Source of the DNA: a virus
Lineage: Duplodnaviria > Heunggongvirae > Uroviricota > Caudoviricetes
Virus record (IMG/VR): IMGVR_UViG_3300049049_000146
Coordinates: 195,216-259,215 of that record
Strand: one strand, 5' to 3'
DNA length: 64,000 nucleotides
The position numbers and the translations under genes were made by a program. Each line of letters begins with the position of its first letter. Position 1 is the first letter of the stretch. Shown here in pieces: positions 7,315 to 14,554 of the stretch. The notes beneath the pieces were generated by a model that worked only from the letters and a program-made list of their open reading frames with translations, searched no databases and was not told the origin of the DNA.

Positions 7315-7701
7315 TCACATGTGCTTGGGATCGATCGGCGCGATCTGCTTGAACTGCGCGATGGTCTCATCAACCAGCGGAGCAATCTCAATCATCGCGA
7401 CCTTATCGTGATACTCGTCGGTGGCCTCATCGTATTCAGGCCACAGAAGAGGCAGAGCACGAAGCTTCTTCGCCTGTTCTGCGGCAGCGTCGATTCCCCA
7501 CTGCCAGGCAGTCTCAAGCTGCCCGAAGAGCCCTTGCGTTCCTTCATCGTTCGTGTTCGCAAGCTCGAACACGAACCGATACCAGACGTCGCCATGCTCC
7601 AACGGAGGCTCCTTACACCAGGAATCGAGGTTACGAACCTGCGTTCGCATCTCGATACGGCACTCCAGCTGCCAGTCACCGATCTTGTGTAAGACTGTCA
7701 T
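7315..7701 (-). CDS. hypothetical protein
   Basis: 128-aa ORF, GAGGT RBS. Confidence 0.65.
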   Translation of the reverse strand: MTVLHKIGDWQLECRIEMRTQVRNLDSWCKEPPLEHGDVWYRFVFELANTNDEGTQGLFGQLETAWQWGIDAAAEQAKKLRALPLLWPEYDEATDEYHDKVAMIEIAPLVDETIAQFKQIAPIDPKHM

Positions 7702-7711
7702 TTGTTACCTC

Positions 7712-7798
7712 TGGGGCGTGAGGGATTCGAACCCGTCTTAGTCACTGAGGACACTTGATTTACAGTCAAGCGAGGCTCACCACGCGCACGGACACCCC
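7712..7798 (-). tRNA. tRNA-Tyr(GTA), atypical D and T arms
   Basis: CTTGA-CTGTAAA-TCAAG arm, long variable arm, only a 3-bp T stem. Confidence 0.75.
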
Positions 7799-7805
7799 GT
7801 AAAAA

Positions 7806-7876
7806 GTGGCGACAGAATCGGTAGAGAGGGTTTGATCCCAAAAAGGAGAGATGTACTCCCTACCAGCATTCGCCAC
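7806..7876 (-). ncRNA. minimal Y RNA-like scaffold (no tRNA body)
   Basis: GTGGCGAATGC-TGGTAGGGAG-TACAT...CTCTCTACC-GATT-CTGTCGCCAC. Confidence 0.75.
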
Positions 7877-7886
7877 GAACATTAGT

Positions 7887-7955
7887 GCAGCGACAGAGAA
7901 CGCAAGTGACGTTGTTTTCACCCATTGAAATGTAGTCACTTACAGCATTCGCTGC
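7887..7955 (-). ncRNA. minimal Y RNA-like scaffold (no tRNA body)
   Basis: GCAGCGAATGC-TGTAAGTGAC-TACAT...GTCACTTGC-GTTCT-CTGTCGCTGC. Confidence 0.75.
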
Positions 7956-7961
7956 GAAATC

Positions 7962-8231
7962 TTACTGACGAATCTCGGATCGATACGGTCCAAGACCGTA
8001 GGATTGAGGACCCGGGAGGTCCACAATCATACCGAACTTCGCAAGAAGTTCTTTCATTCCGTCGAGCCTGCCCTGTCGATACGAGCGAACATGATCGTTC
8101 ATGTTGCCCGCTTCGAGCGCCTGCTCTTCGTCGAGAATTCGTGTATACGTTGCCTGCACGAATTCAAGGAAGGCGATCTGAACGTCAGAAGGAACCCCAG
8201 GTTCCTCTTCGGAAAGACTCGGCTTGCTCAT
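7962..8231 (-). CDS. hypothetical protein
   Basis: Start trimmed to MSKPS after GAGGT. Confidence 0.6.
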   Translation of the reverse strand: MSKPSLSEEEPGVPSDVQIAFLEFVQATYTRILDEEQALEAGNMNDHVRSYRQGRLDGMKELLAKFGMIVDLPGPQSYGLGPYRSEIRQ

Positions 8232-8241
8232 CGTACCTCTG

Positions 8242-8327
8242 TCGAGAACTGAAAACGCCGCTCTAAGGTCCCGCAGCAAATTAGGGGGAGGTTCGCCGCA
8301 GTCCAAAGCGGCGTTTTCAGTTCTCGA
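8242..8327 (-). repeat. 21-bp perfect inverted repeat forming a long hairpin
   Basis: TCGAGAACTGAAAACGCCGCT ... AGCGGCGTTTTCAGTTCTCGA. Confidence 0.9.
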
Positions 8328-8329
8328 AA

Positions 8330-8403
8330 TCGGGGTGGAGGGATTCGAACCCCCGACACCGCGCACCCAAAGCGCGTGCACTACCAGGCTGTGCGACACC
8401 CCG
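8330..8403 (-). tRNA. tRNA-Pro(TGG)
   Basis: CGGGGTG acceptor, loop TTTGGGT. Confidence 0.93.
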
Positions 8404-8523
8404 GAAACTAACCTGTCTTCTCTTTACAGAGTCGACCTTTTCCGGGATTCAACTTTCCGCCTGCTCGCTTCAGGCGCTCACTTTCGTGAGAATTCTAGCT
8501 AACGAGAAGAACACGATCCAGGA

Positions 8524-8596
8524 TGGGCGGAGTGGGGTTCGAACCCACGACTAACTGATTAAGAGTCAGCTACTCTACCAACTGAGTTATCCGCCC
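8524..8596 (-). tRNA. tRNA-Lys(CTT)
   Basis: Loop CTCTTAA. Confidence 0.95.
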
Positions 8597-8611
8597 GAAC
8601 GAACAGGAACA

Positions 8612-8683
8612 TGGCGCGGAGAGGAATCGAACCTCTGACCCTCGGGTTTCAACCGAGCGCTCTACCAACTGAGCTACCGCGCC
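8612..8683 (-). tRNA. tRNA-Phe(GAA)
   Basis: Loop TTGAAAC. Confidence 0.93.
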
Positions 8684-8707
8684 TCTAGCAAGAGGCGAAA
8701 TCGTACA

Positions 8708-8782
8708 TGGCGACGGGTGGAATCGAACCACCGGCCTAGCGCGTATGAAACGCCCGCTCTGAACCAGCTGAGCTACGTCGCC
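8708..8782 (-). tRNA. tRNA-Met or Ile2 (CAT)
   Basis: Loop TTCATAC, paired G1-C72. Confidence 0.88.
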
Positions 8783-8881
8783 GGAGTCGGCCCTCTCGCA
8801 TTGCGCGCCGGACTCGAACCGGAGGCCGTTGCCTGCCTGACCTGGCGCCGTTACGCCCGCCTCGGACAAAACGAAAGGGAC

Positions 8882-8958
8882 TTGCGGTGGACAGGATTTG
8901 AACCTGTGATCTCCGGCTTATGAGGCCGGCGAGGACGACCAGACTCCTCCACCCCGCG
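8882..8958 (-). tRNA. tRNA-fMet-like (CAT)
   Basis: CGCGGGGTGGAG start, C1xA72 mismatch, TTCAAAT T loop. Confidence 0.88.
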
Positions 8959-9007
8959 ACAAGCCAGCGTTGCTGCTGGCTTCCTCCTAACATCGGAGGA
9001 CTTTGAG

Positions 9008-9487
9008 TCAGGGATTCTTGATCAGAACCCCGCGACCCGTGAACAGATTCTTGAGCGCGTCCTCAAAGGACGTTCCTTTGGCGGTCAGGATGTTAGCAGG
9101 AAGAGTCGCAATGGCAACCCAGCCCGTCTCGACTTCCTTGACCCTCACAGCAAATGCAACGAAGGGATCTGCGTCGTTCGCCTTCGTAGCGTGAGTGAGA
9201 AGCGCCGTCGCAAGGTCGACCGCATCCTGCACTTCCATGCGCAGGTCCTTGGTCTCGCTCAAACCGATCATGATGCTACCTCCGGTAGAGGTAACACGCT
9301 CGTCGGTATGCTTGTACCGGACTCCGATTCCGGTTACCTCATCCGTCGGATAAGGACTGTCGCTCAGGTCCATATCAAGGTCCAGAGCGATATCGATCTC
9401 TTCACTCCGATCCCGCAGCAGCCTCTTGCTCCTGCGTTCACGTGCCTCGGCCAGATCGATGATGTTGTTGGCTTTCGAATTCGGCAT
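9008..9487 (-). CDS. hypothetical protein
   Basis: 159-aa ORF. Confidence 0.65.
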   Translation of the reverse strand: MPNSKANNIIDLAEARERRSKRLLRDRSEEIDIALDLDMDLSDSPYPTDEVTGIGVRYKHTDERVTSTGGSIMIGLSETKDLRMEVQDAVDLATALLTHATKANDADPFVAFAVRVKEVETGWVAIATLPANILTAKGTSFEDALKNLFTGRGVLIKNP

Positions 9488-9608
9488 CTGTGTGTCGGCC
9501 CTTTTCTGCTCAGACCGACACGTGGTTCACGAAGTTACGCTGTGCTCTGTCAAACATCGGAACTAATCTCCCTCGGTTAGAGTTTGAGAACCTGATGCTA
9601 AGCGAGAA

Positions 9609-9845
9609 TCAATCATCAGAGCCGTCAGACGGCCGGGCCTGATTACCGGGCCAGCGGTTATACGAATTAGAACCGCGAGCCTGGTCGGCAGGGCAGGGCG
9701 TCTTCCCCCTCACCACCTGGCCGGAGAAAGCGATATTCCACGCCTCACGTACCTCCTGCAGTCCCGACTCATCGCAATACTTGCATTCACCCGGAGCGTG
9801 AAGGATTCGCGGGTCGCAGTGAGGAAACTGGATTCTCTCAGTCAT
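9609..9845 (-). CDS. hypothetical phage protein (FPHCD..LH..GEC..CD)
   Basis: Metal-binding-like motif, AGGAG RBS. Confidence 0.7.
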   Translation of the reverse strand: MTERIQFPHCDPRILHAPGECKYCDESGLQEVREAWNIAFSGQVVRGKTPCPADQARGSNSYNRWPGNQARPSDGSDD

Positions 9846-9883
9846 GAGATGACTCCTGAGTTGTGTGAGGTTATTGAAAACGT

Positions 9884-9957
9884 CGCCCTCGGAAGGATTC
9901 GAACCTCCGACCCTCGGTTCCGTAGACCGATGCTCTAATCCGCTGAGCTACGAGGGC
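9884..9957 (-). tRNA. tRNA-Arg(ACG)
   Basis: Loop CTACGGA. Confidence 0.95.
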
Positions 9958-10142
9958 TAGTAACGAGGCCAAAGGGGGCGACGATTTCTCGTCGCCTTCC
10001 TAAAGTCCTCGGCGGCCCTTTTCAGGGCCTCCCTGATCTCTTCTGGTGAAACGACTTTCACCTTCGCGTATTCTTCTTCCGACAGGGGGCGGAGAAGCTC
10101 GCGGAGCTTTTCGTCAGAGTCCTTTTTGCTGTCCGTACTCAT
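9957..10142 (-). CDS. hypothetical protein
   Basis: 61-aa charged ORF. Confidence 0.5.
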   Translation of the reverse strand: MSTDSKKDSDEKLRELLRPLSEEEYAKVKVVSPEEIREALKRAAEDFRKATRNRRPLWPRY

Positions 10143-10962
10143 TGTAATAGTCGTCGTCCAGTGCTAGGTTATCGAGTGCCTTCTTCGCGGCGTCGTCAAT
10201 CGTTGACGACTTCTGCATCTCGACGTGCAGGCCACGGTAGAATTCACGAAAGGGGACGTTCCGCCAATCAGCGTGGTGCTTCTCACCCAGCGCACGAGCG
10301 TCCTTCTCGGACAGGTCTGGGATGCTTGAGGCAAGGCGGAGCAGGTCTACTGCAAGCTCGGCATACGCCTTCTTACTCTTGCGCTTACGTCGTCCCTTGC
10401 TGTCGTACTTCGACTTGCCTGGGATCGATTTGACCTCGCCCTTCTCCCTCTGCTTGGCTGTGTTCTTCTTGTGGCAGGACTTGCAGAGAAGTCGGCACTT
10501 GCGCACCTCTCGGTTGAATTCTTCGTCCGGAACCGACCAAAGCTTCGTAATCGTGAAGCTCTTCGTCCCTGGCTTCTTGTGGTCAAGCTCAAGTCCGCGA
10601 GTCGATCCGCATGAAGAACACTTTCCGCCAAGGCTCTTGATCGCATCCTTCTTACGCTGATGGTAGCGCTTCTTCTGGTATTCACGCTGGTAGCCGTTAC
10701 GTGAAGGATCGTGCTTGGCTGTCAAGCCAAGCGCCTTCCCATTCCCGACGCCAGCATTGTTGAACCCCAACACCCACCAGAAATGGTCGGTTGTGCTTGC
10801 GGAGCGCAGCGGCTCCGACCAGTCCCAAGGATTTGTTCGATCGCCGAACGGCCCTTCCTTCACTGCCTTGCGGTACTTTGCGACCGCGTCGCGAAGCTCC
10901 GAGAGATGCAGATGCGGGTACTGCTCGCACAATGCCCCGAGTAGAAGAGTCATGTTACTCAT
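10114..10962 (-). CDS. HNH endonuclease with extra N- and C-terminal domains
   Basis: LGGKCSSCG...LELDH...KCRLLCKSCH; start trimmed to MSNMT (the longer ORF overlaps tRNA-Val). Confidence 0.82.
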   Translation of the reverse strand: MSNMTLLLGALCEQYPHLHLSELRDAVAKYRKAVKEGPFGDRTNPWDWSEPLRSASTTDHFWWVLGFNNAGVGNGKALGLTAKHDPSRNGYQREYQKKRYHQRKKDAIKSLGGKCSSCGSTRGLELDHKKPGTKSFTITKLWSVPDEEFNREVRKCRLLCKSCHKKNTAKQREKGEVKSIPGKSKYDSKGRRKRKSKKAYAELAVDLLRLASSIPDLSEKDARALGEKHHADWRNVPFREFYRGLHVEMQKSSTIDDAAKKALDNLALDDDYYNEYGQQKGL

Positions 10963-10996
10963 GCTGTTGATATAGCATGAGAAACGACATTCGCTA

Positions 10997-11069
10997 TTGG
11001 CGCGGAGGGACTCGAACCCCCGACCTCCACCTTGTAAGGGTAGCACTCTACCGGCTGAGTTACGCGCCA
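10997..11069 (-). tRNA. tRNA-Val(TAC)
   Basis: Loop CTTACAA. Confidence 0.93.
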
Positions 11070-11157
11070 AAATTGCGGGGCTTGGGGCCCCGCCGCGGAT
11101 TCATATTCAGTTGTCAACTGACTCCGCGGCGCTAGACCGAGGAGAAAAGGGATCCCA

Positions 11158-11185
11158 ATCCTAGCAGGGGCTAGAATTGCGTCAA
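11158..11185 (-). promoter_or_regulatory. sigma70-type promoter
   Basis: TTGACG-16 nt-TAGGAT with TG extension, intergenic. Confidence 0.55.
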
Positions 11186-11206
11186 GCGTTAAATTTCGCT
11201 TGGGGG

Positions 11207-11704
11207 CTATTTCTTTACAGAACGTGCTGCAGCCCTGATCCGAGATTTCTTTGGAAGAGCTTTCTGCGTCTTCTTCCACTCACGCCAACGCCGCCAACTC
11301 GCGATGATGTGTGGCATCTTCTTCTCGTCGAAGTCGATCGCTCGCTTGTAGTCGGGATGCTTCTGCTCGTACGCCAAGAACAAATCGTTATGCATGTTCT
11401 TGCAGCCGCCTGGGGTGGGGCCGAGATTGAGGTGCAGCATCTCATGGTAGATGATGAACCTCAGGTACCAAACAGGGACACGGGCGTCGTCCAGAACCTC
11501 GTTCACTGAAATGAACCGCTCAGTGAAGTTACAGTACCCGAGCGTGGTGCACTGGTCGTCGGACTTAGGGAACGGAAGTCGACGCCAACCAATTCCACCA
11601 CAGACGTGCCCTCCGAAGAATTCACGGTTGATGTAGTCGAAGTGTTTGAGAAGACTTGTGTTCTTCTCAACAGGCTGGCGTGGCTTACGAAGCGGACCGG
11701 CCAT
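11207..11704 (-). CDS. SprT/YgjP-like Zn metallopeptidase
   Basis: IIYHEMLH...H...F. Confidence 0.8.
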   Translation of the reverse strand: MAGPLRKPRQPVEKNTSLLKHFDYINREFFGGHVCGGIGWRRLPFPKSDDQCTTLGYCNFTERFISVNEVLDDARVPVWYLRFIIYHEMLHLNLGPTPGGCKNMHNDLFLAYEQKHPDYKRAIDFDEKKMPHIIASWRRWREWKKTQKALPKKSRIRAAARSVKK

Positions 11705-11804
11705 GGACTACCTCCGTGAAGGACAGATAACCCAGGCCGACCTCTTGTTTTGGAGCCGAAATCAAGACGAGAAAATGCTGCAATTTCAGCAGCTTACAGC
11801 TACA

Positions 11805-11877
11805 TGGGACGTGTGGGATTCGAACCCACGACCGTCAGGTTAAAAGCCTGCTGCTCTGCCAGCTGAGCTAACGTCCC
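11805..11877 (-). tRNA. tRNA-Lys(TTT)
   Basis: Loop CTTTTAA. Confidence 0.95.
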
Positions 11878-11884
11878 GTGGACA

Positions 11885-12193
11885 TCAGGCGGCTTTGTCT
11901 TTTCGAAGCAACAGGCGGTAGCGGTACGACTGCGATTCCACGTGGGTCTTTCGCTTGTGGCAATTTGAGCAGAGTACGACGCACTTGTCAAGTTCTACTC
12001 TCAGCTGATCCCAGCTACAGTCACTCTGGATCAGCTTGGAGATATCGGCGCGCTTGTCTGCGAGGTGGTCAAACTCAAGAACGAGGGGGTCATCTTCGCC
12101 GCAGGCCGCACACGGATTGTTGCAGAGCAACTCGAAGATGCGGGCCTTCTTTTCGTCAACGTGCTGTCTACGAAGCGCCTTCTTATTGACCAC
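11885..12193 (-). CDS. HNH endonuclease
   Basis: CAACG...LEFDH...KCVVLCSNCH. Confidence 0.88.
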   Translation of the reverse strand: MVNKKALRRQHVDEKKARIFELLCNNPCAACGEDDPLVLEFDHLADKRADISKLIQSDCSWDQLRVELDKCVVLCSNCHKRKTHVESQSYRYRLLLRKDKAA

Positions 12194-12245
12194 CCAAAAG
12201 CTCCTGATCGAGTTACCTGTAGATAACCCGATCAGGAAACGAATT

Positions 12246-12370
12246 ACCCCTGCGGCGGGATTCGAACCCGCTCAACCTCTGACGCACCAAGACCGAATGC
12301 GAGACCGAGTTGAGTGAGGAGGAGAGACAACGAGGTGCGGTAGAAGCGGCCACCAATTAGGTCGCAGGGA
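12246..12370 (-). ncRNA. tRNA-like RNA with a long insert replacing the anticodon arm
   Basis: TCCCTGCG/CGCAGGGG acceptor, GCGGG-TTCGAAT-CCCGC T arm, D-like TAATTGGT. Confidence 0.6.
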
Positions 12371-12399
12371 AGGAGGGGCGGGTGTCCCGCCCCGGAAAA

Positions 12400-13290
12400 T
12401 CAGACGGCGTCGGGAATGTCCGACTTCTTGTAGTAGCGGCTGTGGTGCAGGTCGCGACCCTCGCGGTACGCGTTCCAGGCGTGGATGCAGCGAACGACCG
12501 TCTCTCGACGAATCGCGTGACCGCCACCGGAGTGCGTCTGCTCCTTCAGCCACGTCGCGAGCACCTGCAGAGGCGAATAGAACTTCCCGTCCACCATGTG
12601 GTGGTTCGCGACCGCAGCGCTGAAGAACTTGAACGCAGACTGCTCGTCCTTCTTCATGCAGCGAATGGCCGCCGCCAGAACCGGCGTCGAGCCGCCCGCG
12701 TTCGCGAGAGCACGGATGTTGTCGATGTACTGGCAGTTATCGACAAGCGTGTTCTTCTCGATCTTCGAGAGCGTGATCTTCTGGTCGAAGTTCGACGCCT
12801 CGAACGCGATGCCGCCGACGACGCGAGCGGGGACCGAGGTGCGCCCGGTCATCTTGCGAATGTCGTTGACCGTACGCGACTTGCCGGTGTCGACCACATC
12901 GAGCGACTTCTTGCTCTTCAGGATGACGACGGTCATGTCCGGAATGACGAGCGAGTCGTCCTTCGCCGCGACGAAGGCCGACAAGCGGTGCTGCCCGTCC
13001 ACGAGCGTACCGTCGGGCGAGAAGCGGATCGGGTCGCCGGTGTTCTCCCAGCGGCCGTTGTCGATGTCGTTCCGGATCTCCGCCACGCGGTCTCGCGCAA
13101 GGTTGCGCTGCGACGCGTCACGAAGCTCCAGCATCTTCGCCGCCAGGTCCTTGTTCACGTCGACCGTGAACTCGTAACGACCCGTCAGGTCTCGCTTGAG
13201 CTTGTGCCGCGCAAGCAAGAGCGCGAGGACCGGATTGACCGTGCTGGTCGGCGCGATCGGGGTAACAGAAGCAACGGGGGCGAGCGTCAT
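12400..13290 (-). CDS. ParB/DGQHR-like domain protein
   Basis: QRNL...G.W..TGDPI.F...G.LVDGQHRL.A; strong GC3 bias. Confidence 0.75.
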   Translation of the reverse strand: MTLAPVASVTPIAPTSTVNPVLALLLARHKLKRDLTGRYEFTVDVNKDLAAKMLELRDASQRNLARDRVAEIRNDIDNGRWENTGDPIRFSPDGTLVDGQHRLSAFVAAKDDSLVIPDMTVVILKSKKSLDVVDTGKSRTVNDIRKMTGRTSVPARVVGGIAFEASNFDQKITLSKIEKNTLVDNCQYIDNIRALANAGGSTPVLAAAIRCMKKDEQSAFKFFSAAVANHHMVDGKFYSPLQVLATWLKEQTHSGGGHAIRRETVVRCIHAWNAYREGRDLHHSRYYKKSDIPDAV

Positions 13291-13343
13291 GTAGGTGTCA
13301 TCTCCCAGAGGGTTAGCGAACGAGCACGGGGCTCAGCCGAACT

Positions 13344-13362
13344 TACTATCGTCGGACTTTGC
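13344..13362 (-). promoter_or_regulatory. recurrent promoter-like motif, copy 2
   Basis: GCAAAGTCCGACGATAGTA. Confidence 0.65.
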
Positions 13363-13864
13363 CCCTACCAAAGAACCGAAGAAACTCGACCTCGACTCTA
13401 CGGCGATCTTTCCTGTTGAGCGCGTCGATCATGAGGACGCCGTCGAGGTGGTGCGTCTCATGAAAAGCACACTGCGCAGCAATTCCGTCAAGACGAACTG
13501 AGAACGTCTCTCCGCTCAGCGTCTGAGCAGAGATCTGAATCCAGTCAGGGCTAGGAATGTCTACCGTGAGACCTGGGAAGGAAAGACAGCCCTCTGACTT
13601 CCTCTGCCACTCTTTACGATCCTGAGTCGACTCGATGCGCGGGTTGATGAATGCATGAAATTCAGTGCCATTGGCTGAAGCATCCATCACGAATACGCGC
13701 AGGGGAACTCCAATCTGAGTCGCCGCAAGCCCCAATCCCTCGTTCGCGTACATGGTTTCAGCCATGTCATCTACTAGTGACTTGAGGCTCTCGTCGAACG
13801 TAGAAACTTCTTCTGCCTTCAAGCGAAGGCGCTCATCCGGATAAAAGAGGATGTCGCGGAGCAT
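13346..13864 (-). CDS. def: peptide deformylase
   Basis: GLGLAATQIG, EGCLS, HETHHLDG motifs; start trimmed to MLRDIL. Confidence 0.95.
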   Translation of the reverse strand: MLRDILFYPDERLRLKAEEVSTFDESLKSLVDDMAETMYANEGLGLAATQIGVPLRVFVMDASANGTEFHAFINPRIESTQDRKEWQRKSEGCLSFPGLTVDIPSPDWIQISAQTLSGETFSVRLDGIAAQCAFHETHHLDGVLMIDALNRKDRRRVEVEFLRFFGRGKVRR

Positions 13865-14463
13865 CACATTACTCTGACCTGCTGCTTGCAGAGTCGGCAG
13901 ATGTATCTCTTGCCCTTCTGCATGCGTGCGTATCTGGTCGGACCTACTGTCTTTACAGACCCGCACCCGCAGGTTGCCATGTATTGGCGTCGCGGCCCTC
14001 TGGGGCGCCTCATCAGCGCGAAGTTCTTTTTGAACTCGTCTGTCGCGTCAGCGACCTTGTATCTCGCGGCGGGCTCGATGCCGTAATAGCGCATCAGCTT
14101 CTGCCACGTTCTGCCGTGAGGGTTCTTGTCGTACTGCTGGCGCCATGCTCCGCTTTTCAATCTGAAGTAGGCGTCCAGAATATGACACACCTCGTGGACG
14201 ACGGTCTCGTAGCGTTCTTTTTCCGAGACCAACGGCCACAGAGCCGGCGAGAACCGGAGAACGACTTCGTACGGGGTCTTCTTGACTCGAAGTTCCGCGT
14301 CACCGAAGCGGCGAGTGAAGCGAGGGTTCCACTCAATCGTAATGTGCTGAAGAAGCTCCTTCGTATGTCTACCGAACTCTGCGATCGTATTTACAACCCA
14401 CATCGACACCTGCTTTTTCATTTCAGGCGTGAGTCGTTCTGCGACCTGGAGATGGTACTTCAT
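13864..14463 (-). CDS. SprT-like protein
   Basis: TVVHEVCH, PHG..W..LM, C-terminal CxC...C..C. Confidence 0.88.
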   Translation of the reverse strand: MKYHLQVAERLTPEMKKQVSMWVVNTIAEFGRHTKELLQHITIEWNPRFTRRFGDAELRVKKTPYEVVLRFSPALWPLVSEKERYETVVHEVCHILDAYFRLKSGAWRQQYDKNPHGRTWQKLMRYYGIEPAARYKVADATDEFKKNFALMRRPRGPRRQYMATCGCGSVKTVGPTRYARMQKGKRYICRLCKQQVRVM

Positions 14464-14475
14464 ACGCCTCCATCA

Positions 14476-14549
14476 TAGGGCGGACGGGATTCGAACCCGC
14501 AACCTGTGCGTTTATGAGACGCCCGCGCCACCTATTGCGCCACCGCCCG
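14476..14549 (-). tRNA. tRNA-Met(CAT) with unpaired 1:72
   Basis: Loop CTCATAA, C1xU72. Confidence 0.8.
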
Positions 14550-14554
14550 ATGCT

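Noticed and set aside
1647-7955. The recurring GACAG...GCATTC units as a CRISPR array or as attachment-site tRNA fragments
   Set aside because: Repeats are not identical, spacing is irregular, stems covary, no cas or integrase gene is seen, and tRNA halves are in permuted order inside a conserved frame.
8825-8860. CCAGGTCAGG resemblance to SRP (4.5S) RNA
   Set aside because: The GGAA tetraloop helix and AGCAG internal loop are missing.
8570-8993. Short minus-strand ORFs over tRNA/ncRNA genes (also 2756..2986, 5439..5735, 7170..7391, 11800..11991, 52613..52822)
   Set aside because: They are translations of RNA genes (e.g. GSSP and VAQLVE peptides).
12246-12370. tmRNA call
   Set aside because: Too short, no G3-U70 alanine identity, and no tag reading frame evident.
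12382-13419. Long plus-strand ORFs (also 27585..28853, 54161..55195, 55941..57308)
   Set aside because: Antisense shadows of GC3-biased minus-strand genes, with no motifs of their own.
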